Made by a program: the position numbers and the translations under genes
Shown here: in pieces, positions 29,683 through 39,894 of the stretch
Layout: every line of letters starts with the position of its first letter
Numbering within the stretch: the stretch's first letter is position 1
From: Pelagimonas sp.
GTDB taxonomy: Bacteria; Pseudomonadota; Alphaproteobacteria; Rhodobacterales; Rhodobacteraceae
Direction of reading: 5' to 3'
Assembly: GCA_025210345.1 (NCBI GenBank)
Contig: JAOARX010000013.1
Coordinates: 143,135 to 207,134, forward strand
Length of the DNA: 64,000 nucleotides
Notes under the pieces: model-generated
What the model was told of the DNA's origin: nothing
Databases searched by the model: none
Seen by the model: the letters and a program-made list of their open reading frames with translations, nothing else

Positions 29683-30693
29683 ATGACGCGCTTTTTCATC
29701 GCATTGATCCTGTTTGTCGGCGTGACGGGCTGTGCGCCTCGTGGGAACTTCAGCTATCTTCCGCTTCCGGTATTACAAGGTGAAGAGCTTCAACGGGTCT
29801 ATGTCGCGACCAACCGGGCGGCGTATCGGTATGGTAACATTGAATTGGTGCGCCAGCAGTTCGGAGATCGGCGGGATCCGGTGTTGCGGTTCGGGCGTAT
29901 CGACATCTCGGTGCCCCCTGCACATGCGATTGGTCAGATTGAATGGCCCAGCCGCGGATCCGGGGATCCTTCCCAGCACTTTCTGACCCGGGACGGGCGG
30001 GTTTTCGAAACCGAATCCGAATTTCACACCGCGCTTCGCAGCGATGCGATGGCGCACTCACGCGAGATTATCGTGTTCGTGCACGGGTACAACGTCAACA
30101 ATGCCGAAGCGCTCTATCGTCTAGCGCAGATCGCCCATGATTTTGAGGCTCCCGTTCCGGTTCTCGCCTATTCTTGGGCCTCCGCAGGCGAGCCGCGGGG
30201 CTATGTTTATGACCGGGACAGCGTCATTTTCTCGCGCGATGGGCTTGAAGAGGTTTTGACCGGGCTTGCGCAGCAAAACTGGAAGGTGACTTTGATCGCC
30301 CATTCCATGGGGTCGCAGCTGGTCATGGAAACCCTGCGCCAGATGTCGATTTCCGGAAATCGAAAGACGCTTCGCAAAATTCATGGTTTGGCGCTGATCA
30401 GTCCGGACATTGACGAAGATGTGTTTGTCCAGCAGGCCCGGCGCATTCATCCGATACCACAGCCCTTCTTGTTGCTGGTGTCAACGCGCGACAAAGCGCT
30501 TGGCCTGTCTGCATGGCTGTCTGGCCGGCCCCAGCGGTTGGGATCCATTCAGAACGCGGATCGGCTTGGCGAGATGCCTGTTCAGGTGATCGACCTGAGC
30601 GACATTTCGGGCGGGGACCGGGTGGGTCACAGCACCGCCTTCACGGCGCCGACCGCCATATCCATGCTGCGCGAGATGCAACTCGGGCGGTAA
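29683..30693 (+). CDS. Alpha/beta-hydrolase lipoprotein (DUF900-like esterase family)
   Basis: Lipobox LFVGVTGC. Nucleophile elbow GHSMG and HGYNV motif. Confidence 0.7.
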   Translation: MTRFFIALILFVGVTGCAPRGNFSYLPLPVLQGEELQRVYVATNRAAYRYGNIELVRQQFGDRRDPVLRFGRIDISVPPAHAIGQIEWPSRGSGDPSQHFLTRDGRVFETESEFHTALRSDAMAHSREIIVFVHGYNVNNAEALYRLAQIAHDFEAPVPVLAYSWASAGEPRGYVYDRDSVIFSRDGLEEVLTGLAQQNWKVTLIAHSMGSQLVMETLRQMSISGNRKTLRKIHGLALISPDIDEDVFVQQARRIHPIPQPFLLLVSTRDKALGLSAWLSGRPQRLGSIQNADRLGEMPVQVIDLSDISGGDRVGHSTAFTAPTAISMLREMQLGR

Positions 30694-30722
30694 GACCTTC
30701 CCCGCAACGATACAAATATAAA

Positions 30723-30755
30723 AAGGCCCCGATGAGGGGCCCTTGATGTTTTGAT
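30723..30755. terminator. Bidirectional Rho-independent terminator between the convergent hydrolase gene and pgk
   Basis: AAGGCCCC-GATGA-GGGGCCTT hairpin flanked by an A-run and a T-run. Confidence 0.6.
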
Positions 30756-30783
30756 GCGTCGTTGCCGAGCTGGGGCCACCCCC

Positions 30784-31971
30784 CTAGCCAAGCGCGGCGA
30801 CGCCGGGCAGGGTCTTGCCTTCCATCCATTCGAGGAACGCGCCCCCCGCGGTGGAGATATAGGTGAAATCAATCGCCGCCCCGGCCTTGTTCAGCGCGGC
30901 CACCGTGTCACCCCCGCCTGCGACCGAAATCAGCGACGACGCAGCCGAAGCGGCGGCCGCATGCTGCGCAGCGGCATTGGTGGCCGTGTCGAAGGGGGCA
31001 ATCTCGAAGGCGCCCAAGGGGCCGTTCCAGATCAGAGTTTTCGCCTTGTCGATGGCCTCTTTGACCGAGGCCACGGCCTGTGGACCCGCATCAAGGATCA
31101 TCGCGTCCTCGGGGCAGGCACCCGCGGCAACGGTTTCATTTGCCGCGTTTTCGGCGAATTCACGCGCCACCACCACATCGCTTGGCAGTAGAATTTCGCA
31201 GTTTGCCGTTGCAGCCTTTTCCAAAATGGCACGGGCCGTGTCGGCCATGTCGTGCTCGCACAGCGATTTGCCGACGTTGATGCCCTGGGCCGCCAAAAAG
31301 GTATTGGCCATGCCACCCCCGATCACCAGCATGTCGACTTTTTCAACAAGGTTGCCCAAAAGATCGAGCTTGGTCGAAACCTTGGCCCCGCCGACCACTG
31401 CAAGCACGGGGCGTTCTGGCGTGCCCAATGCGCTTTCCAGTGCGGACAACTCTGCCTGCATCAGGCGGCCAGCGCAGGCGGGCAGCAGACGAGCAAGACC
31501 CTCGGTCGAGGCATGGGCACGGTGCGCGGCAGAAAAGGCGTCGTTGCAATAGACGTCGCCCAGTTTGGCCATCTCGGCGGCCAGTTCGGGGTCGTTCTTT
31601 TCTTCGCCTTTGTGGAACCGGGTGTTTTCCAACAGGGCGATTTGGCCTTCGGACAGGCCCTCCACCACCGCGGCGGCCGCAGGGCCAATGCAATCCGCAG
31701 CAAAGACAACCTGAACACCCAGCACCGTCTCAAGGGTGGGGATCAGGGGCTGAAGGCTCAGGTCTGGTTTGCGTTCGCCCTTGGGGCGGCCGAAATGCGC
31801 CAGCAAGACCGGCTTGCCGCCGCGATCCAGAATATCCTGAACGGTCGCTGCAATGCGCTCGATCCGGGTGGCATCGGTTACTTTGCCATCCTCGACCGGC
31901 ACGTTGATATCCACGCGGGTCAATACGCGTTTGCCGTTCAAATCCATGTCGTCCAATGTCTTCCAGGCCAT
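30784..31971 (-). CDS. pgk: Phosphoglycerate kinase
   Basis: Start [17 protein letters not shown]. Typical PGK motifs. The ORF caller extends 17 codons upstream. Confidence 0.9.
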   Translation of the reverse strand: MAWKTLDDMDLNGKRVLTRVDINVPVEDGKVTDATRIERIAATVQDILDRGGKPVLLAHFGRPKGERKPDLSLQPLIPTLETVLGVQVVFAADCIGPAAAAVVEGLSEGQIALLENTRFHKGEEKNDPELAAEMAKLGDVYCNDAFSAAHRAHASTEGLARLLPACAGRLMQAELSALESALGTPERPVLAVVGGAKVSTKLDLLGNLVEKVDMLVIGGGMANTFLAAQGINVGKSLCEHDMADTARAILEKAATANCEILLPSDVVVAREFAENAANETVAAGACPEDAMILDAGPQAVASVKEAIDKAKTLIWNGPLGAFEIAPFDTATNAAAQHAAAASAASSLISVAGGGDTVAALNKAGAAIDFTYISTAGGAFLEWMEGKTLPGVAALG

Positions 31972-32163
31972 CTCATCCTCCGGCGCCACTCTTGGACGTT
32001 GGTCTGCCCTGAATGGGGGCAATCGTCAACGGTTCCTTAACCACTCTGACGGCCTTGCGTGGCACATGGTTAACACCCTTGGTGCCTCGGGTGCTTGGCA
32101 TTCGGTGTTCAAGCCATTACCTCTGTGCGCAGCAACAGCACTAAGACGCATCGGAGTAGCGTA

Positions 32164-32673
32164 ATGGCCGAAATCAAAGACCCCGAAAACACCATCTTGA
32201 TGGAACTCAAAGACGGCACCGTCACCATCGAGTTGCTGCCGGATGTGGCGCCCGAACATGTGAAACGCATGAAAGAGCTGGCGCGCGCGGGTAAATATGA
32301 TGGCGTGGTGTTCCACCGGGTGATCGATGGCTTTATGGCCCAGACCGGTGACGTGCAGCACGGCAATGAAAATGATGAGGGGTTCAACCTGCGCCGCGCG
32401 GGCACCGGGGGCTCGGATCTGCCGGATCTGCCCGCCGAGTTTTCAAAGCTCCCGCATGACCGTGGCACCCTGGGGGCCGCGCGCAGCCAGATGCCGAATT
32501 CGGCCAACTCGCAGTTTTTCATCAACTTTAGCGACAACCACTTCCTGAATGGTCAATACACGGTCTATGGCCGCGTGATCGAAGGGATGGCGCATGTTGA
32601 CGCAATCACCCGTGGCGAGCCGCCCATGGTGCCCGATACCATGATCAGCGTTAAGGTTGCGGCCGATGCGTAA
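32164..32673 (+). CDS. ppiB: Cytoplasmic cyclophilin-type peptidyl-prolyl isomerase
   Basis: MAEIKDPENT... VVFHRVIDGFMAQTGD. No signal peptide. Confidence 0.9.
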   Translation: MAEIKDPENTILMELKDGTVTIELLPDVAPEHVKRMKELARAGKYDGVVFHRVIDGFMAQTGDVQHGNENDEGFNLRRAGTGGSDLPDLPAEFSKLPHDRGTLGAARSQMPNSANSQFFINFSDNHFLNGQYTVYGRVIEGMAHVDAITRGEPPMVPDTMISVKVAADA

Positions 32674-33232
32674 TCTGTTTGCCGCGCTCACACTGGCGAT
32701 GACCGCCAGCCCGGCCCTGTCCAGCGGCATCGAGATTGCCGTTGGCGGAGAGAATGGCGACAAAGGGGTGATCATGATCGACCTTCTGGAAGATCTGGCC
32801 CCCGGTCACGTTGAACAGATCTCTGCGCTGGCGGCGGATGGCGCCTATGACGGGGTGGTGTTTCACCGCGTGATCGACGGGTTCATGGCGCAGACCGGCG
32901 ATGTTCAGTTCGGCGACCAGACCGGCGACAAGTTCTCGATGCAGATGGCGGGAATGGGCGGATCTGATCGTCCGGACCTGAAGGCCGAGTTCAGCGATGT
33001 TCCGTTTGATCGCGGGATTGTCGGCATGGCGCGGTCGCAGAACCCCGACAGTGGCAATTCGCAGTTCTTCATCATGTTCGCGGACGGGCATTTCTTGAAC
33101 GGTCAATATACGGTTGTTGGCCGGGTGACGGCTGGCATGGATGTGGTGGACGGCATCAAGCGCGGCGAGGGCCGCAACGGTGCTGTTACGGGCCAGCCGG
33201 ATTTCATGAAGTCGGTGACCGTGACCGAGTAA
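32657..33232 (+). CDS. ppiA: Periplasmic cyclophilin-type peptidyl-prolyl isomerase
   Basis: Signal peptide MRNLFAALTLAMTASPALS, then a cyclophilin domain paralogous to the upstream gene. Overlaps the ppiB stop. Confidence 0.85.
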   Translation: MRPMRNLFAALTLAMTASPALSSGIEIAVGGENGDKGVIMIDLLEDLAPGHVEQISALAADGAYDGVVFHRVIDGFMAQTGDVQFGDQTGDKFSMQMAGMGGSDRPDLKAEFSDVPFDRGIVGMARSQNPDSGNSQFFIMFADGHFLNGQYTVVGRVTAGMDVVDGIKRGEGRNGAVTGQPDFMKSVTVTE

Positions 33233-33303
33233 TCGAACCAAAGGTGAGGGGATTCTGAGGTCTCGGGCTGGCCCGAGCCATCTCTTTGCAGCCCCCAACC
33301 TGT

Positions 33304-33327
33304 CCTTCCCCCGGATCCGGGGGAAGG
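33304..33327. repeat. Perfect 24-bp GC-rich palindrome CCTTCCCCCGGATCCGGGGGAAGG
   Basis: Read directly. Follows a smaller hairpin (CTCGGGCTGGCCCGAG, 33261-33276) downstream of ppiA. No clear U-tract. Confidence 0.5.
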
Positions 33328-33485
33328 GATTGTGCCGAGAGCGACCCCGACCCGAGGGCTTGTACGGGTTTCAAACAGTGCTTTGTCTTGCGATGGGTCT
33401 CGTGTTCGTGTGTCCCTGTCACAATCGCGTGTTGCGGCTGGTGTGATCGCCGGTTTGCGGGCAGGGTAGGGCAGGAGGATCACCG

Positions 33486-34451
33486 ATGCGCATTCTAAAG
33501 CTGTTCTTGTTGGCCGTGACATTGGCAGGGGCGGCGTCAGCTGATCCGTCTTTTTGGCGCCATGAGTGGCCTGAGACCGATTTCAGCAAGACAAGCATCG
33601 GGAATTGGGTTGAGATCATGTCTGGTGGACCGCCCAAGGATGGTATCCCGGCGCTGGACGACCCCAAGTATCGCGCCGTGGATAAGGAAAGCCGCATCGC
33701 GGACACGGAGCCGGTGATCACCCTGGAAATCGAAGGTGCGGTGCCGCGCGCCTATCCGATCCGCTATCTGACCTGGCATGAAATCGTGAATGCCGAAGCG
33801 GGGGGCGTGCCTGTCGCGGTCACGTTTTGTCCGCTTTGCAACTCTGCCCTGACCTTCGACCGCCGTGTCCAGGACCGCGTGCTGAGTTTTGGGGTCTCGG
33901 GCAAGCTGCGGAACTCGGATATGATCATGTATGATCGGGAAACGCAAAGCTGGTGGCAGCAGGCCATCGGCACCGGAGTCGTGGGCGACATGACCGGTGT
34001 GGAGTTGACGCAGCTGCCCAGTTGGATGGAAAGCTGGTCGGCGTTCAAAGCCCGCAACCCCGACGGTCTGGTGATGGAAGAGCCCGCCTGGAATCGCGCT
34101 TACGGGCGCAACCCATATCGGGGGTATGACAGTTCGCACCGTCCGTTCCTGTATTCAGGCGAGATGCCGCCGCATGGCGTGCCCCCCTTGATGCGCGTTG
34201 TCCGGGTCGGAGACCGGGCCTGGCCGATGGATCGTCTGGCCAAGGCCGGTGAAATCACAGAAGCGGGGGTCAGCCTGTCATGGCAAGCGGGGCAGGCCTC
34301 GGCCCTTGATACGGATCGCATTGCAAAGGGCCGCGATGTCGGCAGTGTGCGTGTGCGCGACGCACAGGGCCGGGATGTGCCGCATGACGTGATGTTTGCT
34401 TTTGCCTTTCACGCGTTCTGGCCCCAAGGCATGTGGATGCTGCCACAGTAA
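33486..34451 (+). CDS. Secreted DUF3179-family protein
   Basis: Signal peptide plus the conserved SGGPPKDGIPALDDPKY block and a CPLCNS motif. Confidence 0.7.
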   Translation: MRILKLFLLAVTLAGAASADPSFWRHEWPETDFSKTSIGNWVEIMSGGPPKDGIPALDDPKYRAVDKESRIADTEPVITLEIEGAVPRAYPIRYLTWHEIVNAEAGGVPVAVTFCPLCNSALTFDRRVQDRVLSFGVSGKLRNSDMIMYDRETQSWWQQAIGTGVVGDMTGVELTQLPSWMESWSAFKARNPDGLVMEEPAWNRAYGRNPYRGYDSSHRPFLYSGEMPPHGVPPLMRVVRVGDRAWPMDRLAKAGEITEAGVSLSWQAGQASALDTDRIAKGRDVGSVRVRDAQGRDVPHDVMFAFAFHAFWPQGMWMLPQ

Positions 34452-34452
34452 A

Positions 34453-34486
34453 AACCGCCCAAGGCGCGCGTGGTCCATGGGCGGTT
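34453..34486. terminator. Hairpin terminator between the convergent DUF3179 and SPFH genes
   Basis: AACCGCCCA...TGGGCGGTT 9-bp stem. Preceded by TAAAAA, which gives a T-run on the minus strand. Confidence 0.5.
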
Positions 34487-34514
34487 GTAACAGGTCGTGG
34501 CCGTGTTCTGGACC

Positions 34515-35957
34515 TTATTCAGCGGGGGTCGTGGGTTTGATCCCGCGTTCGTAATCCAACCGTTCGGCGGCCTGCAGCGTCAGGATCTGGAACAGGCGTT
34601 GCGCTTCGTCATCGGACCCGGTGGGGGCGCCGCCTTCTCCGCTTGCACCAAAGACATAGGTCGGGACTTGTCGGCGGGCAAAGGCCGCGGCCCAAAGGCG
34701 CTGGATCTCGACTTCGGCCTCAAGCTTTTGTGCCAAAGCGTTGTCCGCCTCAAGGATTTTCTCTTTGGCATAGGCTTCGGCGTCGGCGGCGACCTGAACG
34801 GCCTGGGCATCAATACGCGCCTTTTCAAGCAGGATTTCGGATTGCTCCTTGGCAATACGGGCTGCTTCGCGTTCGCGTTCTGCCGCGGTGATGGCCAGTT
34901 GTTTTTGTGTCTCGGCGTCGGTGGTTTTCTCGATCTGGATCACCTTGGCCGCGGCCTGACGTTCCGCGACTTCGCGTTCGCCGCGCGCCACCGCCAAGAG
35001 CTTTTGCTCTTCTTCCTGGATGCGTTGTTCGCGGGCGATTGCGCGATCCGCAGCGGCCTGCTGACGCAGGGCCATGCGGTCTTTGAATTTCTGGTTCGGG
35101 TTGACGTCAGTCACGCGGGCCGAGGTGACCGAAATGCCGAACTTGGCAAAGCTCTGGGCCTTGCGCCGGGGCTGACCCGTCTCATCCAACAGCTTTTTCA
35201 CGACAAAGACGGTTTTGCTGTCTTCGCCGAATTCTTCCTGATCGGTGCCAAGCGCGGCATTGGCCGACCCGGGGCGCGAGCCCTCAATCCTGACCTGTTG
35301 CTCGATCCGGCGAACCAGATAGATCCCACCTTCCATCTGCCGCTGGAACTCATTGTTGAACTCAGTTTTGCCACCCTGAAAATAGTCCTCGGCGGACATC
35401 AGCGCGGCGGTGGCGCCCAGCGTTTCCTCAAAGGCAGGCACCAATTCGGTGCGCAGCAGGTTTTCCGGCGTGCGGTACTGACGCGCCAGCCGCAAAAAGG
35501 ATTCCTCGTCCGAGGGAAGTTCAAACCGCGAGGTCGCAGAGACAAGCGCATCGACTTGATCCAGGAAAACCAAGGACTTGGGGGCCAGGTTGGCGCTCAT
35601 GTTGATGCTCTCGGATTCGGCAAAAACCTGACCGCTGCCCGAGGCCGACGCCTGAACCGACATGGCGTTTTTCCAGGCGTTGTAGCGGCCGAACAAATAC
35701 AGATTGTACCCCGTGTCCGAGACCATCTTTTCTTGGCCGGTGATGGTGCGGACATGGTATTTATAGCCGGGTTCAGCATAGAAAAACATGCCCAGAAACA
35801 GGGTCATGACCACGGTCAAAGCGCCGCCGATGGCGATGCCCAGCCCCGCAAGATTCAGCAGGCTGTCGATGTTTGGACGGTCCGGCCAGCTAAAGGCTCT
35901 GCGCAATGCAAAACCCGCAAAGATGACAATGATTCCTAAAATGGGGCCGATGATCAT
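34515..35957 (-). CDS. SPFH/band-7 (flotillin-like) membrane protein with long Ala/Glu/Arg-rich coiled coil
   Basis: Two N-terminal TM helices, SPFH core, then an extended repetitive AEREREAARIAKEQ-type coiled coil. Confidence 0.75.
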   Translation of the reverse strand: MIIGPILGIIVIFAGFALRRAFSWPDRPNIDSLLNLAGLGIAIGGALTVVMTLFLGMFFYAEPGYKYHVRTITGQEKMVSDTGYNLYLFGRYNAWKNAMSVQASASGSGQVFAESESINMSANLAPKSLVFLDQVDALVSATSRFELPSDEESFLRLARQYRTPENLLRTELVPAFEETLGATAALMSAEDYFQGGKTEFNNEFQRQMEGGIYLVRRIEQQVRIEGSRPGSANAALGTDQEEFGEDSKTVFVVKKLLDETGQPRRKAQSFAKFGISVTSARVTDVNPNQKFKDRMALRQQAAADRAIAREQRIQEEEQKLLAVARGEREVAERQAAAKVIQIEKTTDAETQKQLAITAAEREREAARIAKEQSEILLEKARIDAQAVQVAADAEAYAKEKILEADNALAQKLEAEVEIQRLWAAAFARRQVPTYVFGASGEGGAPTGSDDEAQRLFQILTLQAAERLDYERGIKPTTPAE

Positions 35958-36070
35958 GCGAAGCCTCTGAATTAGTTTGATGAAAACTGTCTATGTGCCG
36001 CAGCACATCGTCAGGTTAGCGTGACTTAGCTGGGGCGGGAAGTCTTGATTTTCTGACCTGCTCAGCCCGA

Positions 36071-36976
36071 TCACCCCGCTAGCCTCATGGGGAGAAGCCG
36101 CGCCATCGGTGCCAGCACACCACTGTGAAGCCATGTTCCCGCCAACCTGTGCGCCTTAGCGCCCGTGCCAAGCTTGAACCGGGTCATGCCCGGGGCGTCC
36201 TGATCATTCAGCAACCCAAGATCCAGGCAAACATGCCCGCGCTCGGCAAGCCAGCACATGGCCTGCCACAAAATCAGGTTCATGGCGTTCATTTTGCGGC
36301 CTTCAGGAAAGCTGTGGCCGATTTGCCAGGTTGCCATCGGCCCGTGCCTGAGCATCACGGCACCCGCGATGATATCCCCCCGATGTCGGGCTTCGAACAC
36401 CACCGCTTGTCCGGGGTTGGCCCGGGTGTAGGCGGCGCAGAGCGCCGGGGGAAGCGGGCGATACCCCTTGTCGCGCGCCTGTTCCAGTTCCTGATGCAAA
36501 AGCCAGTGCTGGGGTGTCAGCGCATGCCGCGTGACCTTGACCGCGCTGGATTGGGCTTTGGTCAGTCGGTTTCGCCATTTTTGATGCTGCGCCGCACGCA
36601 TTACCTCGGGTGGGCCGAGATCCAAAAGCGCAATGGTCGCGGGGGTCATGAGCGGCCAGAACCCGGCTTTGCGCAGCCATGTCGCCCGCATCCCTTCGGC
36701 GTTCAGCACAAGCGGGCGCCCGTCATGCCAATGTTGCCAACGGTCGAGCCAATCGCGCAGATCATCCGGTGTGCGTCCGACGGGGCCGCGTGACACCATA
36801 TCCACGCGCCCAAGGGGCTTGAAGCGCCTCGATTGCACTTGCCACCAAAGACGCAGGTCCCCGCCTTGTTCGCGTTTGCACGCACGCAGGTTCAGCCCCA
36901 TGGCCTCGCAGGCGCGCGCATATTCCGGAGATTGCTGCAGCGGCAGACAAAGCGATTGTGAAATGACATCCAACAT
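36071..36976 (-). CDS. FemAB-like / GNAT-fold acyltransferase family protein
   Basis: The ~300-aa core from MLDVISQSLCLPL (ATG at 36976) matches FemAB/BioF2-like acetyltransferase length. The ORF caller extends to 37249 across a low-complexity stretch and a 26-bp palindrome, which is probably non-coding. Confidence 0.6.
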   Translation of the reverse strand: MLDVISQSLCLPLQQSPEYARACEAMGLNLRACKREQGGDLRLWWQVQSRRFKPLGRVDMVSRGPVGRTPDDLRDWLDRWQHWHDGRPLVLNAEGMRATWLRKAGFWPLMTPATIALLDLGPPEVMRAAQHQKWRNRLTKAQSSAVKVTRHALTPQHWLLHQELEQARDKGYRPLPPALCAAYTRANPGQAVVFEARHRGDIIAGAVMLRHGPMATWQIGHSFPEGRKMNAMNLILWQAMCWLAERGHVCLDLGLLNDQDAPGMTRFKLGTGAKAHRLAGTWLHSGVLAPMARLLPMRLAG

Positions 36977-37298
36977 AGGCGTATTAACCGGATGGAAAGT
37001 TTCTGTATGGTTAATGCTGGGATGAAACACGGATATCCAGGGCGCACAGACGCCCAACAGCCCCGCCTCAACAACCAAGGGATCTGATGCTTGTGAAAAC
37101 AGGACATGCAATTGTAAGACCAGCGCGCTCGGTTGGCCGTGTCGCGACGCGCCCACGGCCAACCGCCGCAGCGGCGCTGTTGCTGGCGTCGCTGCTGTCG
37201 ACGCCCTTTTTGGTTTTCGTGGTGATTGATTTTTTGCGCTAACGACCAAGGCACCGGTTCGGTGTCGGTTTGCCCGGTCTCACGCCAGCGGCGTGCAT

Positions 37299-37324
37299 CC
37301 CCCCGGTGTCATGACACCGGGGGG
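37299..37324. repeat. Perfect 26-bp palindrome CCCCCCGGTGTCA|TGACACCGGGGGG just downstream of the tyrS stop
   Basis: Read directly. 13-bp arms with no spacer. Shares the CCCCCGG/CCGGGGG ends with the 33304 palindrome. Confidence 0.5.
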
Positions 37325-37336
37325 AAGTTTGTTCGG

Positions 37337-38587
37337 TCAGCCAAGTTTGACAAGCGCATGGCGTTTCTTGCCTGCGCTCAGCTTGATCGGGCTGGCCAGC
37401 GCCTGGGCGTCCAGAACAAGGCCCGCTTCGGTCAGGGGGGCGTCGTCCAGTTTGGCACCGTTTTCCGCGATCAGGCGCTTGGCTTCCTTACCGGATTTGG
37501 CCAAGCCGGAGCGAACGATCAACTGGACGATGGAAATCCCATCGCCGATCTCGCCAGCGCTGAGCTCCAAGGTCGGCAGATCGTCGCCAACCCCCCCCTT
37601 TTCGAACACTTCGCGCGCGGTTTGTTCCGCCGCCGCCGCCGCATCCGCGCCGTGGCACAGGGTGGTCACGGCATTGGCCAGAATGATCTTGGCGTCGTTG
37701 ATCTCGGAACCGGCCAGCGCGCCCAGCCGGTCACATTCCTCGACGGGCATCTCTGTGTACAGCTTCAAGAAACGCCCGACATCCGCATCGGTACTGTTGC
37801 GCCAGAACTGCCAGAATTCGTAGGGTGACAGCATTTCAGCGTTCAGCCACATGGCCCCGCCCTGCGATTTGCCCATCTTGCGCCCATCGCTGGTGGTCAG
37901 CAGCGGCGAGGTCAGCCCGTGGATTTCATTGTCCAGTACACGGCGGGTCAGGTCGATCCCGTTGATGATATTGCCCCACTGGTCGCTGCCGCCCATTTGC
38001 AGGGTACAGCCATAGCGGCGGTTCAGCTCAAGGAAATCATAGGCCTGCAGGATCATATAGTTGAACTCGAGGAACGACAGAGACTGTTCGCGGTCCAGAC
38101 GCGATTTCACCGATTCAAACGACAGCATCCGGTTGACGCTGAAATGGCGACCGATGTCGCGCAGGAATTCCAGATAGTTGAGCCCATCCAGCCATTCGGC
38201 ATTGTTCAGCATTAGGGCGCCATTGGGCGAATCGTCGTACGACAGGTATTTTGAAAACACCTGTTTCATGCCCGCGATATTGGCGTCGATCTGTTCCGGC
38301 CCCAGCAGCGGGCGCTCATCAGAACGGAAAGACGGATCGCCCACTTTGGTCGTGCCGCCCCCCATCAAAGTGATCGGGCGGTGGCCGGTTTTTTGCAGCC
38401 AGCGCAGCATCATAATGTTCAGAAGATGCCCCACATGCAGCGATTTTGCCGTGGCATCATAGCCGATATAAGCGGTGACCACCCCGTTGCTCAGGGCCTC
38501 GTCCAGCTCTTGCATGTTGGTGCAGTCAGCAAGATAGCCGCGCTCCATCATGATAGCCATGAAATCCGATTTGGGATGGTAGGTCAT
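37337..38587 (-). CDS. tyrS: Tyrosine--tRNA ligase
   Basis: Start MTYHPKSDF with GAGGTGAA RBS. HIGH motif as [21 protein letters not shown]-type motif KMGKS. Confidence 0.9.
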   Translation of the reverse strand: MTYHPKSDFMAIMMERGYLADCTNMQELDEALSNGVVTAYIGYDATAKSLHVGHLLNIMMLRWLQKTGHRPITLMGGGTTKVGDPSFRSDERPLLGPEQIDANIAGMKQVFSKYLSYDDSPNGALMLNNAEWLDGLNYLEFLRDIGRHFSVNRMLSFESVKSRLDREQSLSFLEFNYMILQAYDFLELNRRYGCTLQMGGSDQWGNIINGIDLTRRVLDNEIHGLTSPLLTTSDGRKMGKSQGGAMWLNAEMLSPYEFWQFWRNSTDADVGRFLKLYTEMPVEECDRLGALAGSEINDAKIILANAVTTLCHGADAAAAAEQTAREVFEKGGVGDDLPTLELSAGEIGDGISIVQLIVRSGLAKSGKEAKRLIAENGAKLDDAPLTEAGLVLDAQALASPIKLSAGKKRHALVKLG

Positions 38588-38648
38588 GGGTTCACCTCTA
38601 TATACTTCGGCAGAACGTATAAGGTGGGCTGGGGCCGAGGGAAAGAGC

Positions 38649-39746
38649 ATGTTGAAAGATGGGGCAATCTGGGCTCTGGGCGCCATGTCGGGCACGTCGC
38701 TGGATGGGGTTGATGCCGCCATGGTGCTGACCGACGGGATCGAGATCCAGCAGTTCGGTCCAAGCAAATACCGCCCCTATACCCCTGACGAGCGTGCGGT
38801 GCTGCGGTCTGCCCTGGGTAAATGGCAAGACGATAATCTGACCCAGGCGCAGGCGCTGTGTCATGGCGCGCATCTGGATGTCCTGTCCGGGTTTGAGGGT
38901 GCGCAATTGGTTGGGTTTCACGGCCAGACGCTTGCCCACGATCCCAAGGGGCGGGGTACGCATCAAATGGGCGATGGCGAGGCTTTGGCAGATGCCCTGG
39001 GCCTGCCGGTTGTGTGGGATTTTCGCACTACAGATGTGGAATTGGGCGGGCAGGGGGCCCCGCTTGCTCCCTTCTTTCATTTTGCCTGTGCCAAGAAAAT
39101 CGGGGCAACCACACCGGTGGCTTTTCTCAATCTCGGGGGGGTGGGGAACATCACCTGGGTCGACCCGCGCAAGGCCAACCCGCAAGATCCGGGCGCGCTT
39201 TTGGCCTTTGACACGGGGCCAGCCAATGCCCCCCTGAATGACCTCATGCAAATGCGTCTTGGTCTGGATTGTGACCACGACGGGCAGTTGGCGCGTCAGG
39301 GAAGCGTGGAAGAGGGCGCGCTTGAGCTGTTCCTTGCAGAAGGCTACTTTCGGAAAATCCCACCCAAGTCACTGGATCGGGACGATTTTTCCCTGATGCT
39401 GGATCTGGTTGGGGAATTGTCAGACGCGGATGCCGCCGCCACGATGACAGCCATGGCTGCCGCGGCCGTCGCACAAGGCATGGAGCATTGCCCCAGCTCC
39501 CCGGCACAGATTTTCGTGACAGGCGGGGGGCGCAACAATCCGGTTATGATGCGGATGCTTGAAGTCAGCCTCGATTGTCCGGTTCGCCCTGTCGAGGCTG
39601 TCGGTCTGGATGGAGATATGCTTGAAGCGCAGGCCTTTGCCTATCTCGCGGTGCGCGTGGCGCGGGGGTTGCCGACCTCGGCCCCCGCCACCACAGGTGT
39701 TGCAACCGCGATCGGGGGGGGGCGTATCAGCCGCCCGCAGGAATAG
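38649..39746 (+). CDS. anmK: Anhydro-N-acetylmuramic acid kinase
   Basis: [25 protein letters not shown]-terminus. Conserved divergent pairing with tyrS. Confidence 0.85.
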   Translation: MLKDGAIWALGAMSGTSLDGVDAAMVLTDGIEIQQFGPSKYRPYTPDERAVLRSALGKWQDDNLTQAQALCHGAHLDVLSGFEGAQLVGFHGQTLAHDPKGRGTHQMGDGEALADALGLPVVWDFRTTDVELGGQGAPLAPFFHFACAKKIGATTPVAFLNLGGVGNITWVDPRKANPQDPGALLAFDTGPANAPLNDLMQMRLGLDCDHDGQLARQGSVEEGALELFLAEGYFRKIPPKSLDRDDFSLMLDLVGELSDADAAATMTAMAAAAVAQGMEHCPSSPAQIFVTGGGRNNPVMMRMLEVSLDCPVRPVEAVGLDGDMLEAQAFAYLAVRVARGLPTSAPATTGVATAIGGGRISRPQE

Positions 39747-39894
39747 ACCGCCCTGGTGGGTACTGGACCCAGATGGCACCCCTGATCTGCGCGCCCGTGG
39801 GGGGCTCAGGTTTGGCGCGGGTTTCATCTCTTCATAAATATCCCGGGGTCTGGGGCAGCGCCCCAGCCTTCTGACCAGCCTTCATACCAGGCGC

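Noticed and set aside
34497-35939. 480-aa + strand ORF
   Set aside because: Mirror image of the SPFH-domain gene. Gly/Arg/Phe-rich nonsense translation.
36977-37249. N-terminal 91-codon extension of the FemAB-like ORF
   Set aside because: Low-complexity translation (STAATPATAPLRR…). The family core begins at the internal Met. The stretch also contains a perfect 26-bp palindrome more consistent with non-coding DNA.
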